Source: Monocercomonoides exilis PA203
Taxonomy: Eukaryota > Protista > Preaxostyla
Assembly: GCA_001643675.2 (NCBI GenBank)
Contig: LSRY02000033.1
Coordinates: 868,001-932,000 of the forward strand
Direction: 5' to 3'
DNA length: 64,000 nucleotides
In this document: positions 25,601 through 37,613 of the stretch, piece by piece
Layout of the letters: the number at the start of each line of letters is the position of its first letter
Numbering within the stretch: the stretch's first letter is position 1
Translations under genes and position numbers: made by a program
The notes under the pieces: generated by a model
The model's database searches: none
The model's input: only the letters and a program-made list of their open reading frames with translations
What the model was told of the DNA's origin: nothing

Positions 25601-28600
25601 CGAAAGACAGCTCAGAATGAGAAAACCAAAGTTGACAACACCAACACAGGTGAAGGCGACAAGCAGAAGAATCCCTTCACATCGCTTGCGAAGCCTTTGG
25701 CTACAGTCTTCCGTCCATCAGTGAACTCTCTGCCTTCTCTTTCCTTCCTTCCTTCTGTGCGCAACTCGGGCGATGTCAACAAAACAGTCCGCATTCAGAA
25801 CACGAGCTGCTTCGATGTCATTGTGCGGTGGATCCGCAGAGCAAAGCCTGTTGAGCAGCCACCTGTTCTCCAGATGCAGCTGAAGTTTGGAAAGACCACA
25901 CTTTCTTTGGATGCAGGCAAACAGGCCAATGGAAATGAACAAAAGGAAAAAGGATTTGCAACTACACAGCAGAATTTGATGCAACCTGGAGAGAATAACG
26001 AACAGGAATCAAATGTTAAACCAGAACCTCTTTATTCACTCAATCAAACATCTGGTGAAAATCAGCCCGATGAAAAAGTGCAATCAACTTCACCTGCAAA
26101 TCAAACAAGTATTGTTCCTTCATCAACAACTTCTGCCAATTCATCTTCATCTTCATTTTCATCTCCCTTGAAGCAGACAGCGTCTGGTGTGGAAGTTGTT
26201 CTGCAGCCATTTCAGCCACCAGTCATCCCTCCGTCTTCGATGCCTCCGTTTTCCATCTTCCCTCAAGAAAGCATCATCCGCCACCACTCCTCGTGCTCCT
26301 TCGAGGTGTTCTTCCACACAGACGCGCCAACACTGACAGACGGGCTGAACACCATCCTGTTCGAGGCAGCTGTCACACCACTTTATCCTCTCCCCCGCCA
26401 GCTGGCACGAAGTGGCACTTCACAAACAACTGTGAGACAAGCTGGGAACAGCTTTGAGGCTGCGATGGGCAACATGAGCGAGAGAGAGAGGGTAGCTAGA
26501 CATACTGCGTTTTTGGCGGATGAGTCGCTACTGATTGCGTCTGAGGATGCCATCAAGTCGCAACTGGAGTTGAGGCAGCTGCGGAAGAAGAGTCTGAAGA
26601 GGGCACCATCGCAGGCTGAGCGCAACATGGTGATGGCACAGACGCTCGCAAGAACGGCACAAAAGTACAAAATGCTATCTGAGAAGGCAAAGAACGGAGA
26701 AGGAGGTGAAGGAAGTGGAGTCCTAGATGTGAATGGAGCAGATGAAGAGGAAGCAAATGATCCATTGGAAGAAGAGATAAGAAGAGTGTTTGGGATATCT
26801 TCCTATCACAAGAAATATGGCAGTCAAGACGATGAAGTACCAAACAGCACAATGACACTGCGCTCACAGCAAAATGATGCTAACATGTCGACACTCACGT
26901 TGGGGCAGACGAAGATGAGTGTGGGCACTTCTCGCATCAGAATGGCACCAGATGGCTCGTTTGTGCAGCAGACACATCCATATGCAGAGCCTCCTTGTCA
27001 TTACACACCTCCTCTGCGCTTCCTCATGCACGGCACCATTCTCCCAGCAAAGCTATCACTCAGCAGACGCTCTGTCACTTTCATTCTTCCGATTGGAATG
27101 CTCCATTTGGATGGAGCAAATAGTGGATTCATTAACAACACTCCAGCAGAAGAAGCAGAAGAGAGTGTGGCAGACAAAGAAGTTGTGCTCACAAACAACT
27201 CGTCTTCTGCACTCAGTTTTGTCGTTGTGATCGAAGGGCCTTTTGTCTGCTGTGGAGCCCAGACGATTTCGGTGAGGGAGGCTGGTGTGGTTGTTGTGAG
27301 TGGATCACCCGTGGCTCTCACAAAGGAGATGATTTTGGCCAAGTTTGGGCTGAAGAGCATTTCGGAAGGGAAAAAGGGAATGGAAAGAAGCACAACAGCG
27401 CAGTCAAGCAATGAGCAGCATCCAAAAAGGGCTGAGTCGCCATCAATTCTGCCGCCTCAGCTGAAGCTTTCTCGGCAGACGCCTTCTACACCCTCATCTG
27501 GCAGCCCTGAAACAAGCAAAATGCAAACCACTGCAAATGCCACAAAGAAGTCTCCTATGGCTGCGACGAGTGCAGGAACGAGGACAGCAACAGCAAAGAC
27601 TGCTTCTTCCACGTTGACAGCTAGTGCTTCGATGCATCAGACAAGCAAGCCAGCTGCCCGTTTGGCCACTTCAAAGGAGAAAACGATGTCTTCTTCCACA
27701 ATCAGAAAGCCTGTCACAACTGCATCTTCACCAGGGAGAACAGGAATGGGTGTGACAAAAGCGAGTTCTACACTCAAACCAGCTGCAGGTGCAACTATGA
27801 GGACACCAACAGCCAAATCAACAGCAACAACAGGAGTGAATCCTTCATCAACAATAAGGAAGAGCGCTCCACAAACGATGAAGGCGAAACAGAAGAGCCC
27901 TCAAATCAGCACCAAAATGACAGACCTTCTCACACTTGGTCCGAATGAGAACTGCGAAATACACCTTCGAATAGACACAGAGGAGGTTGAGCGCTGGCTG
28001 AGTGAAAAGAAAGGCAGCAATCAAACAGACACCAGTAAAGACAGTGCTTCCTCTTCATCGCCATTCCCTTCAGCTTCACAATCATCATCATCAACAACAT
28101 CTTCATCATCTTCATCATCTTCATCATCACCTCAAGCAACCTTATCATCATCTACTGATAATGTTGCTTCTACTCCTGCATCATCGTCTGTATCTCAACA
28201 AGGCTTTTTCCCTCTCTCTTTCTCTGCGCCTATCGCCAATAGCACCATTCTGCACAGCAAAGAAGCGAAAAAGCTGGCTCTTGCGCAGAAATCGTGGGAG
28301 ATTCAGCTGCGCCGGAAGATCAGAGAGATAATTGTGAACAGCGACGAGTTTGATGTGGAGGAAGGAGACGAGGAAGACGAAGACGGGGCAGTTGAGCACA
28401 ACGACGATGTGTTCTTCGACTTTGAGACGCCAGCGAATGACGAAGAAGTGAAGATGTATACTGAAGCATCAAGAATGGAAAGGGAAGAAGAGAGTGGAGA
28501 AGGCAAGGGTATTAGTTTTGGTGTGGGTGAGGGTGGAGTGCAGCAGATGAACAGAGCAGCAGGCTCTCCTCCTTCAACAGCTGCCACAAACTGGCGCTCA

Positions 28601-29730
28601 TTCACGTCGAGTGAAGGCGATGAAAGAGGAGAGAGCAGAGGGCAGCTGCTGAGCCGCAGCGGCAATCCCTCGGCAGCGTCGCGCTTTCTGCCGAAGGAGC
28701 GACTGGTGCGGAGTGTGGAGGAGATCCTTCTGCCGAGAGAGGCGCCTGAGATGCGGCAGTTTGGGCTGAGTGCTGTGTGGCCGAGGGACATTGCAGTGGA
28801 AGGGACGATGCGCGTGTTATTCTCGTCGGGGGAGCAGGACAATGTTAAGCTACGGAGCGAGACGCAGCACCCAATTCTTGTTCCCCAGCAGATGCTGATG
28901 AGGCTGATGCAGGACTCGGTGCTGGTGGCAGACTCCACTGTCATGAGGCACCAGCAGATAGCAGAGCAATCTTCTTCTTCTTCTTCTTCTTCCTCATTCT
29001 CTTCTTCCTCTTCCACCACTTCCACTGCCCCACCTGCTTCTCCAGCGTCTGATGCGCCTGCTGCTCCTCTGCTGAGCCCTGTCCAAAGAGCTCTTTCGCT
29101 TCTTCCTCCGCCTCCTTTTGCTGCTTCGTCTGTTCTTCGGATCGACTTTGGGTTGCACCGTGTCAATCCAGCTGTTCTGCCTCGCTTCACTTACTCTCTT
29201 TTCAACATCACAAATGTCGATGCCCCGTTTTCTGTCGCTTTCCGAGCCATCAGCCAAGATCTCACTCCTCCTCCTGTCCCTCAATCAGGAAAGCCTTCGT
29301 TATCAACTTCATCATCATCGTCGTCATCATCATCATCTTCTTCTTCTTCTTCTTCTTCTTCTTCAAATACCATATCCCATTCATCCACCCCACGCACATC
29401 GCCTCAGCCACCATCTCACACTTCTGTTGTCTTCATAGACTCATCTGAGCATAGCACTTCTTGCGGACCTTTCTCTCTTCTCAGCTCATCTGAAGGAATT
29501 ATCCCAAAACATAACTTTGCATTATTCCACCACACCATTCTCGAATTTCAATTCAGTGTGTTAATTTTTTCCATAATTGTGACTTTAATTGCTATTTTTG
29601 AATTTAATCGTTTAATTATTTAGATCCTACAATTATTGGAACATTTACTGCTGCTGTTGTTATTTCTGTAAAGGGAGGACAAATATTACCAATATTAATG
29701 ACCGGACAAGCAACTTTACTTGATGTTTAA
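19700..29730 (+). CDS. DLEC1: DLEC1/CFAP81-like central-apparatus ASH-domain protein, multi-exon, ~3,000 aa
   Basis: FTSYEVGKSY...VRVIPP..HF...GTIAPGLSIGYELIFMP...LPTPIITLPQIIDCGPC...RNLGG matches the DLEC1 N-terminal ASH domains. KGIAFAASPERG...SCYSDATGFYRD matches a later DLEC1 block. The last exon ends ...GQATLLDV-TAA. Confidence 0.8.
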
Positions 29731-29840
29731 TATTTTTTTCCACGTCACAAAAACTATTTTTAATAAATCAATTATCATTTTAAAAATTAAAGAAAATGAA
29801 AAAAAAAATATTTTGATGATCTAACCCTCAACTTAGACTC

Positions 29841-31557
29841 ATGAACAAACCGCTCATCCTCATAAACGCTTTTAAGAGGGAACTTGGAGCATTTAAAGCG
29901 TTTCAACGCAAATTTCGTACAGAATACGATATTTTAACGTTTGTCATTTTTTAAATTTTGATTTTTAATTTTTGTTAAGAAATCGAGATCCTCTTTCGCC
30001 GCAGCTTCTGAGTCAATGCTCTGTTCTTATATTAGGTGCTTCTCGCGATAAATTCACCAAAGCGGAGGTAATTTTTTAAGAAAATTTTCATCTTGTAAAT
30101 TGTTTAATGTTCATTTTTTCTTTTATTTTTTTTTTTCAAAATTATGTTTAATTCTGAATTCTAAAAGGGTGATATGATATTTCAATTTCTTAAAGAAGGA
30201 GGAAATCTAATGGTTCTTCTTTCTGAAGGAGGTGAACCAAAGCTTGGATCGAATATAAATTACATACTCGAAAAATTTGGAATGATTGTGAATCCTGACA
30301 GCGTTGTTGCATCTTCATATTGCGGATATTTACATCCAAAAGAGGCACTTATAACTGGTGGAATTTTGAATAGAGAGGTTGCACGTGTTGCACAAAAAGA
30401 TGCAGATAAGCTTTCGTTGATCTATCCATTTGGAGCAACGCTTGATGTTCAATCTCCAGCCATTCCTATAATATCAACGGGAAAGCAATGCTTTCCAATG
30501 AATCGTCCGATTGTTGCAGTTGCAAATTGCTTTGTTTGACACTTATTATTAATTCAATTTCTTTTCTAATACCTATGACAAATTTAATGTTTTTTGTTAC
30601 AGGAAGGAAAAGGGAGAATTGCTGTAATTGGAAGTTACCAACTCTTTGAAGATGCATACTTAGTGAAAGAAGATAACGAACTCATCGCCAAAGTGTTATT
30701 GAAATATCTTCTTAATCCTGAGTTCAAGCTGAATCAAGTTGATGCTGAAAAGCCTGCTGTTTCTGATAACCATCCAGTTCCAGATACTCTTGAGTTGGCA
30801 TCGCGGATGAGAGGAGCATTAAAAGACACAGAGCGTGCTCCACTTGATTACACAGCCCTTTTTGATACATCCTTGTTTAAGTTTGATCTCACACACATAC
30901 CATCTGTGCTACAACTGTATAAGGATCTGTCGTTACCCCATCAGCCTTTGTCTCTGGTTCCTCCTGAATTTGAAGTGCCTTATCCGCCTTTTCAACTTGC
31001 TGCATATCCACCTCAATTGAAAGACCCACCAAAGCCTGCTTTGGAACTTTTTGATCTGGAAGAAGAGTTTGCTTCAGAAAGAGAATCATTGGCTCAACTG
31101 ACAAACAAATGTGTGTTCAATTGGAAAGGTCATTCTTTTTTTTTTTTTTTTCGAATTATCAAAGCGAATTCCGTTTTTGTGTTGAGCTTTTTTGAAGTTT
31201 TTGCAATATGTTTTGTGTTGTGTTGCATTGAATGATTCATTTAAACTTTTGTCGAATATTTCTTTTGAATCATATTCTTTAGGCTCAAACACTGAAGAGG
31301 ATTTGGACTCATTCATTATGGGAGCAGGAGATATACTTGGCATCACCCAGCTATTCGCTGGTGCTGCAGGATCCTCTTCCACTCCTGCGGCATCATCTCT
31401 TTCTTCATCACATTCATCTTCTTCAACCTCTTCTGCTTCTGCATCTGCTTCAAATGTTGGATCAGGAGGTATTCAACCCGACGCGAAAAAAATACTCGAA
31501 TTTATATTACGGAATATTATTCAATTTAGATGTGAAAATCAATCACAACTTCTTTAA
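29841..31557 (+). CDS. IFT52: Intraflagellar transport protein 52
   Basis: GIFT domain GGNLMVLLSEGGE..SNINYILEKFG, YLHPKEALI.GILNRE, IYPFGATLDVQSPAIP, CFPMNRP; C-terminal PPEFEVP..LELFDLEEEFASE..LAQLTNKC. About four introns. Confidence 0.95.
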
Positions 31558-33944
31558 TTCACCAACACATTTTCTTTAGACTACTTTGTCATTTCACTTG
31601 CTTTATGTTTTTTGATATATAAATTTTTAAGGTGTTTTATCCAATTTTCATTTATTCTCATTATCGTTTTATCACATAAATTTTAAAATGAAATTCGATT
31701 AGAATTTAGCACAAAGATTTATTCTTCATGAAATATTTCATTTCTGAAGAAATATATAATTCGATTTATTCTGTTTACAAATAATATTGAATTTGATCAT
31801 ATGATATGATTAACAGGCAATTAAAAGTTAAAAGTATGATTATTTGTTAAACTTATCAAATGCACAAATAACGGGATTCCAGCCTCGTTGAATTGAATTG
31901 GACGGTGTTTTCTGTCTTGTTTCTTCAACGCACTCAAGGTGAAACCCAAGATTTTTGCCATTTAACGTCTGACTTCTTTGTTTGTGGAAGTTGTGATAAT
32001 TTCTGAGGCATAAATTCTTTAGTGTTTTTTCCAACAAATAAATTAATTATTTTATTTTCGATTTTTAATTGAAGATCATAGTAATATTTTGATTGTTTTC
32101 TTTTTTGTTTTTTTCCATTCTTATTAGGAAATGAATTCAAAAGAACATAAACAATATATCCATATTAGTTAATTTTGTTATATGTTTATTATTTTTATTT
32201 TTGGTTTTTCTTTTGTTTTTATTTCATCGAATCACGATTTACTTTTTGCTGAAAGACTATATTCTTATCATTCAAAAAAATGCGGAATTTTCCGTAAATC
32301 TATGTATAATGTGAGAAGGACTCCTAATTGAATTGGGATGTGCGTGATAGAAAAGTTTCATGTTAAAGTTATTGTCGATGCAAAGATAATTAAGTTTAAA
32401 CAAACAAATATGTTTGAAGATTAAAAAACTCAATTCAAAATTGCTATCTTGTTTATTATATTAATGGCTTAACATGTAGCTATCACTTCGGAATTGATAA
32501 TCTTAAAAATTTTATTTTTCTTTATTAAAAATAACCTCAATTTATTCCATTCTTTTTCTCCATTGTATCATAAAAAGTATTTCATTCCCATGTATCACAA
32601 TTAGGAAAATAAAAAAAAATGAGAAAAATAAAAGAAAAAATAACGTGGAAGAAAATTCATCCAACGGATCTATTTTCGTTTGTTTTTATCATATGGCTTT
32701 AGCTTTTGCTGAAGCGAAAAAGTTGAACAAAATTTCAATAAGTGCAGATCTTTTTCAAAAAGATTGAGTCATTGCGAATTGATTCTCTTCTGCGTTAACG
32801 ATCATTGTTTTTGATAGTTTTTTGTTTTCAAATTTTTTTAAGTTTTGAAAAAATAAATCTTTCTTAGAATATTTGAATCATTGTTTTTTTCGATTTAGCT
32901 GAAAAAGGCGAAATGTACATGAATAAATATTCGTGAAATTCAATACTAATCATTTATAACTGTTCAAACAATAAAAACACAAAAATGTTGGCTAAATCTC
33001 ATTCTTTTATTTTTTTTAACTGAATTGAAGCATCACAATGGAATGATTACAACAGATTAAAAAATAAAAAACTAGATAATAAAGTCAAAAAAAATTCATT
33101 GAAAAACATAAATATGCTTTATCGTTCAAATTTTAGCTTTTTTCATAAGTATTTTGCTTTTATTCAATGAAAATGATCAAATAAAAACTGTTGGTCATTA
33201 AAAAACAAATCAAAAACAATAAATCAATTGAAGAAACATTTTTCATAAGAAAGCGAATAAAAATAATGACGGAATATGAGTTGATTTAACATAGATAGTT
33301 GCAAAATACAGTAAAATATTCGCTGGGAATTGTTAAAAGCTTTTAAAACATAAAAAAAATCCAAAAAATCTAGACCTATTAACATTGATAGATTAAAAAC
33401 AGACATAGAATATATAGAAAATGTAAGAACAAACACTATATTTAAAAATAGATAAAAGCATACAATTTGTTCACGGAAACAAAGCAAACTTTGAAATTAT
33501 ATGATCAAAGTTGGTATATAATCTTTTGTTAATTGATCAAACAACAGATTGACTTAATTTCAAAAAGATTGAGTCACTTGCAATGAGTCAAATATAATTC
33601 AAAATGATCACTTCTTTCAGAAATGTCAAAATAATTTTCAAATAGGTCTATTATTGAAAAAAGAACTTTAAAAAAGTTGACGTGATCAACTTCAGCTGTT
33701 GAAATAATATGAAAGAAGAAATTACAGAAAAGGGAGATACAAAATATAAGATTTTTCGGTCTGTGCTCATTTATGGACTTCAAAATACAAAAACAAAGAA
33801 GAAATATCTTATTTTTTAACAGAAGCATAATGACTAAAATTTTTTGTTAATAAATATCCACTTTTTATTTTCTTTGATCCTCCAATTCAGATTAATCATT
33901 GAGAACCTCATAACATTTAACACCTGCATTCATATGATGTTATC

Positions 33945-36810
33945 AATTTTCATCTATTCTGGAGGCTCAACATCGAAAAGCTTTTCCCAAAATGCAGCCA
34001 TTGTTCTTCCTTTTTTATCAGTCAGGGTGTGGAATGTCTCATCCATTTTGGAGGATTAGTCTTTACATTATCAATCCACAACATGGCCATTGTTTTTTCA
34101 TTCTTATCGGCAAGGGTTATATCGTGTCTCATCCATTCTGGTGGCTCTGTCTTTACAAGTACAATCCACATCATGGCCATTGTTTTTCCGTATTTATTAG
34201 CAAGCGTAATTTCATGTCGCATCCACTTCGGAGGTTCGATTTTGAAATATTGTATCCACATCATGGCCATTGTCCATCCGTTCCTTTCTGTTAGTGTTAT
34301 GTCATGCCTCATCCATTCTGGTGGCTCTGTCTTGACATTTTCAATCCATATCATGGCCATTGTCCATCCATTACAACATGCAATTGTAATGTCATGTCTC
34401 ATCCATTCTGGTGGTTCTGTTTTGACGTATCTAATCCAATGCATGGCCATTGTCCACTCGTTATTGCTTCCAAGTGTGATATCGTGTCTCATCCATTCTG
34501 GAGGTTCTTTTTTGACATTTATGATCCAGTGCATGGCCATTGTTTTTCCATCCTTATCAGCAATCGTAATTTCGTGTCGCATCCACTCTGGAGGTTCTTT
34601 TTTGACATTTATGATCCAGTGCATGGCCATTGTTCTTCCTTCTTTATCAGCAAGGGTTATATCGTGTCTCATCCAATTGGGTGGTTCTGTCTCCACATTT
34701 TCAATCCATATCATGGCCATTGTGTTTCCGTCATCATCTGCAAGAGTAATATCGTGTCTCATCCACTCTGGAGGTTCTGTCTTGACATTTTCAATCCATA
34801 TCATGGCCATTGTACAACCTTTCTTGGATTTAAGGGTAATGTCATGCCTCATCCATTCGGGAGGTTCTGATTTCTTATCGATAATCCACAACATGGCCAT
34901 TGTTTTTCCATCCTTATCAGCAAGTGTGATGTCATGCCTCATCCATTCTGGTGGGTCAGTCTTCGCATATTCAATCCAATACATGGCCATTGTCCATCCT
35001 TTCTGATCATAAAGTTTGGCTTCATGCCTCATCCATTCTGGAGGTTCTGTCTTGACATTTATGATCCAGTGCATGGCCATTGTTTTTCCAAAATAACTTT
35101 GAAGTGTTACGCAATGTCGCATCCACTCTGGAGGTTCTGTCTTTACATAATCAATCCACCTCATTGCCATTGTATATCCATAAAAAGTTTTAAATGTAAT
35201 GGAATTCCTCATCCATTCTGGTGGTTCTGTTTTGACATATCTAATCCAATGCATGGCCATCGTCCCTATATCGATATCTTCAAGCGTAATGTTATGCCTC
35301 ATCCATTTTGGTGGTTCTGTTTGAACAAATCTAATCCATATCATGGCCATTGTATCTCCTTCTTCATTACCAAGTGTGTTGTCATGTCTCATCCATTTTG
35401 GAGGTTCTGTCTTGACAAAACAAATCCATAGCATTGCCATTGAACAATTAAACCAATCATTCACTGTTATTTGATGTCTCATCCATTTTGGAGGATTAGT
35501 CTTGACATTTTCAATCCAAACCATTGCCATTGTTCTTTTATCAAGATTAGCAAGGGTTATATCGTGTCTCATCCATTTTGGAGGATTGTTCTTGACATTT
35601 TCAATCCAAAGCATTGCCATTGTGTTTCCGTATTTATTAGCAAGCGTAATTTCATGTCGCATCCACTTCGGAGGTTCGATTTTGAAATATTGTATCCACA
35701 TCATGGCCATTGTCCATCCGTTCCTTTCTGTTAGTGTTATGTCATGCCTCATCCATTCTGGTGGCTCTGTCTTGACATTTTCAATCCATATCATGGCCAT
35801 TGTCCATCCATTACAACATGCAATTGTAATGTCATGTCTCATCCATTCTGGTGGTTCTGTTTTGACGTATCTAATCCAATGCATGGCCATTGTCCACTCG
35901 TTATTGCTTCCAAGTGTGATATCGTGTCTCATCCATTCTGGAGGTTCTTTTTTAACATTTATGATCCAGTGCATGGCCATTGTTTTTCCATCCTTATCAG
36001 CAATCGTAATTTCGTGTCGCATCCACTCTGGAGGTTCTTTTTTGACATTTATGATCCAGTGCATGGCCATTGTTCTTCCTTCTTTATCAGCAAGGGTTAT
36101 ATCGTGTCTCATCCAATTGGGTGGTTCTGTCTCCACATTTTCAATCCATATCATGGCCATTGTGTTTCCGTCATCATCTGCAAGAGTAATATCGTGTCTC
36201 ATCCATTCTGGAGGTTCTGTCTTTACATAATCAATCCACCTCATTGCCATTGTATATCCATAAAAAGTTTTAAATGTAATGGAATTCCTCATCCATTCTG
36301 GTGGTTCTGTCTTCATGCTCTCTATCCAATGCATGGCCATCGTCCTTCCACTCTTATCAGGAAGTGTGGCTCTATGTCTCATCCACTCCGGCGGTTCTGT
36401 TTGAACAAATCGAATCCAATACATGGCCATTGTCCATCCATTTTTATCAGCAAGTGCGATGTCATGTCTCATCCATTCTGGTGGTTCTATTTTTAGGTGT
36501 GTAATCCATATCATTGCCATTGTTATTCCATTATTGCTTCCAAGCTTATTATTATGCCGCATCCACTCTGGCGGTTCTTTCTTTACAGTAATAATCCAAT
36601 GCATTGCCGTTGTCCACCCACCCTTGTTAGCAAGTGCATTGTCATGACGCATCCATTCTGGTGGTTCCTTTTTGACGTTTATGATCCAATACATTGCCAT
36701 CGTACAACCACTGTTACTACCCATTGTAATGTCGTGTCGCATCCACTTTGGGGGTTCTGTTTTTTTCTCCACGATCCAGCGCATTGCTTTCGTTCTTCCT
36801 TCCTCATTCT
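33945..36810. repeat. 90-bp tandem array, ~32 units, with a near-identical internal block duplicated at 1440-bp offset
   Basis: The anchors atggccattgt and ctcatccattctgg recur every 90 bp. ~34185-34783 is nearly identical to ~35625-36223, and ~35131-35230 matches ~36211-36310. Confidence 0.95.
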
Positions 36811-36871
36811 TTTTGAAATGAGCACCATTATTCTTTGGGAACATTGCTTTGCTTTCATTCTTAAAGCTCAT
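34022..36871 (-). CDS. Intronless tandem-repeat protein with 31 x 30-aa ankyrin-like units (GxTMAMxWIxxVKTEPPEWMRHDITLADKx)
   Basis: Uninterrupted ORF. First in-frame ATG is at 36871 (the track start at 36979 is TTG). A 32nd unit beyond the stop (~34030-33950) is frameshifted. Confidence 0.8.
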   Translation of the reverse strand: MSFKNESKAMFPKNNGAHFKKNEEGRTKAMRWIVEKKTEPPKWMRHDITMGSNSGCTMAMYWIINVKKEPPEWMRHDNALANKGGWTTAMHWIITVKKEPPEWMRHNNKLGSNNGITMAMIWITHLKIEPPEWMRHDIALADKNGWTMAMYWIRFVQTEPPEWMRHRATLPDKSGRTMAMHWIESMKTEPPEWMRNSITFKTFYGYTMAMRWIDYVKTEPPEWMRHDITLADDDGNTMAMIWIENVETEPPNWMRHDITLADKEGRTMAMHWIINVKKEPPEWMRHEITIADKDGKTMAMHWIINVKKEPPEWMRHDITLGSNNEWTMAMHWIRYVKTEPPEWMRHDITIACCNGWTMAMIWIENVKTEPPEWMRHDITLTERNGWTMAMMWIQYFKIEPPKWMRHEITLANKYGNTMAMLWIENVKNNPPKWMRHDITLANLDKRTMAMVWIENVKTNPPKWMRHQITVNDWFNCSMAMLWICFVKTEPPKWMRHDNTLGNEEGDTMAMIWIRFVQTEPPKWMRHNITLEDIDIGTMAMHWIRYVKTEPPEWMRNSITFKTFYGYTMAMRWIDYVKTEPPEWMRHCVTLQSYFGKTMAMHWIINVKTEPPEWMRHEAKLYDQKGWTMAMYWIEYAKTDPPEWMRHDITLADKDGKTMAMLWIIDKKSEPPEWMRHDITLKSKKGCTMAMIWIENVKTEPPEWMRHDITLADDDGNTMAMIWIENVETEPPNWMRHDITLADKEGRTMAMHWIINVKKEPPEWMRHEITIADKDGKTMAMHWIINVKKEPPEWMRHDITLGSNNEWTMAMHWIRYVKTEPPEWMRHDITIACCNGWTMAMIWIENVKTEPPEWMRHDITLTERNGWTMAMMWIQYFKIEPPKWMRHEITLANKYGKTMAMMWIVLVKTEPPEWMRHDITLADKNEKTMAMLWIDNVKTNPPKWMRHSTP

Positions 36872-37550
36872 TGATATTGTGAATTTGTTTATACAACAGC
36901 TTAGAAATTGGTCAACAGAAGTTTGATGCAATTTATCGCAAAAACTTTGTTGATCACACCATAACAATGGAAATACCAAAGTTGGATGTCTTTTTTCATT
37001 TTGTTCAAAATCAAAATATCATAATTTTTTTTTAACTATAAAATAAAAGTCAGGAGGATGTTTAGAAAATTATTTGTTACATTATTAACGTAATCACATT
37101 TCAACAATTGTTTTATTCGAATTTCTTCAACAATAAATCAAAAAAGCTATAAAAATGGAATCAATTGATACCTATTTAAATCACACCTATTATATTTATA
37201 TATTTTTTGTGTTTTTTCTTAAATAAGCTCTGAATTGATGATTTTTTAGTGTTTTGTGACTAATCATTTTCGCGTCTCATTTGCCAAGATAAAGAAAAGG
37301 AAAAAATGTTAGCGTTTTCCTATAAAATCCTATTTTTTTCAGTAAATTAATTAGACCGATGAGACACGACAAGCAAATTTTAGTTGCCGTCTGTCACAAA
37401 AAAAAAGAAAAAAAAAGAATGAAAAAAGAAAAAAAAATGAAAAAAGATAAATGAAAAAATTTTTTGTAAAATTAAATAAATTAAAATAACCCTGGGTGAC
37501 GTGAAGTGAAAATTTCTTCACGTCCGTCACAAGTTTTCCACTTCAGTCAG

Positions 37551-37611
<61 letters not shown>
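37551..37611 (+). repeat. Poly(A) run, 61 nt
   Basis: Direct count from the sequence. Confidence 0.95.

Positions 37612-37613
<2 letters not shown>

Noticed and set aside
31840-33828. Short AT-rich ORFs between IFT52 and the repeat gene
   Set aside because: No recognisable motif, no consistent splice structure, and intergenic-like composition. They may be decayed sequence.
34029-36874. Long plus-strand ORFs over the 90-bp array; CRISPR-like appearance of the array
   Set aside because: These are antisense shadows of a periodic coding repeat. The constant and variable parts follow codon structure, the context is eukaryotic, and there are no cas genes.
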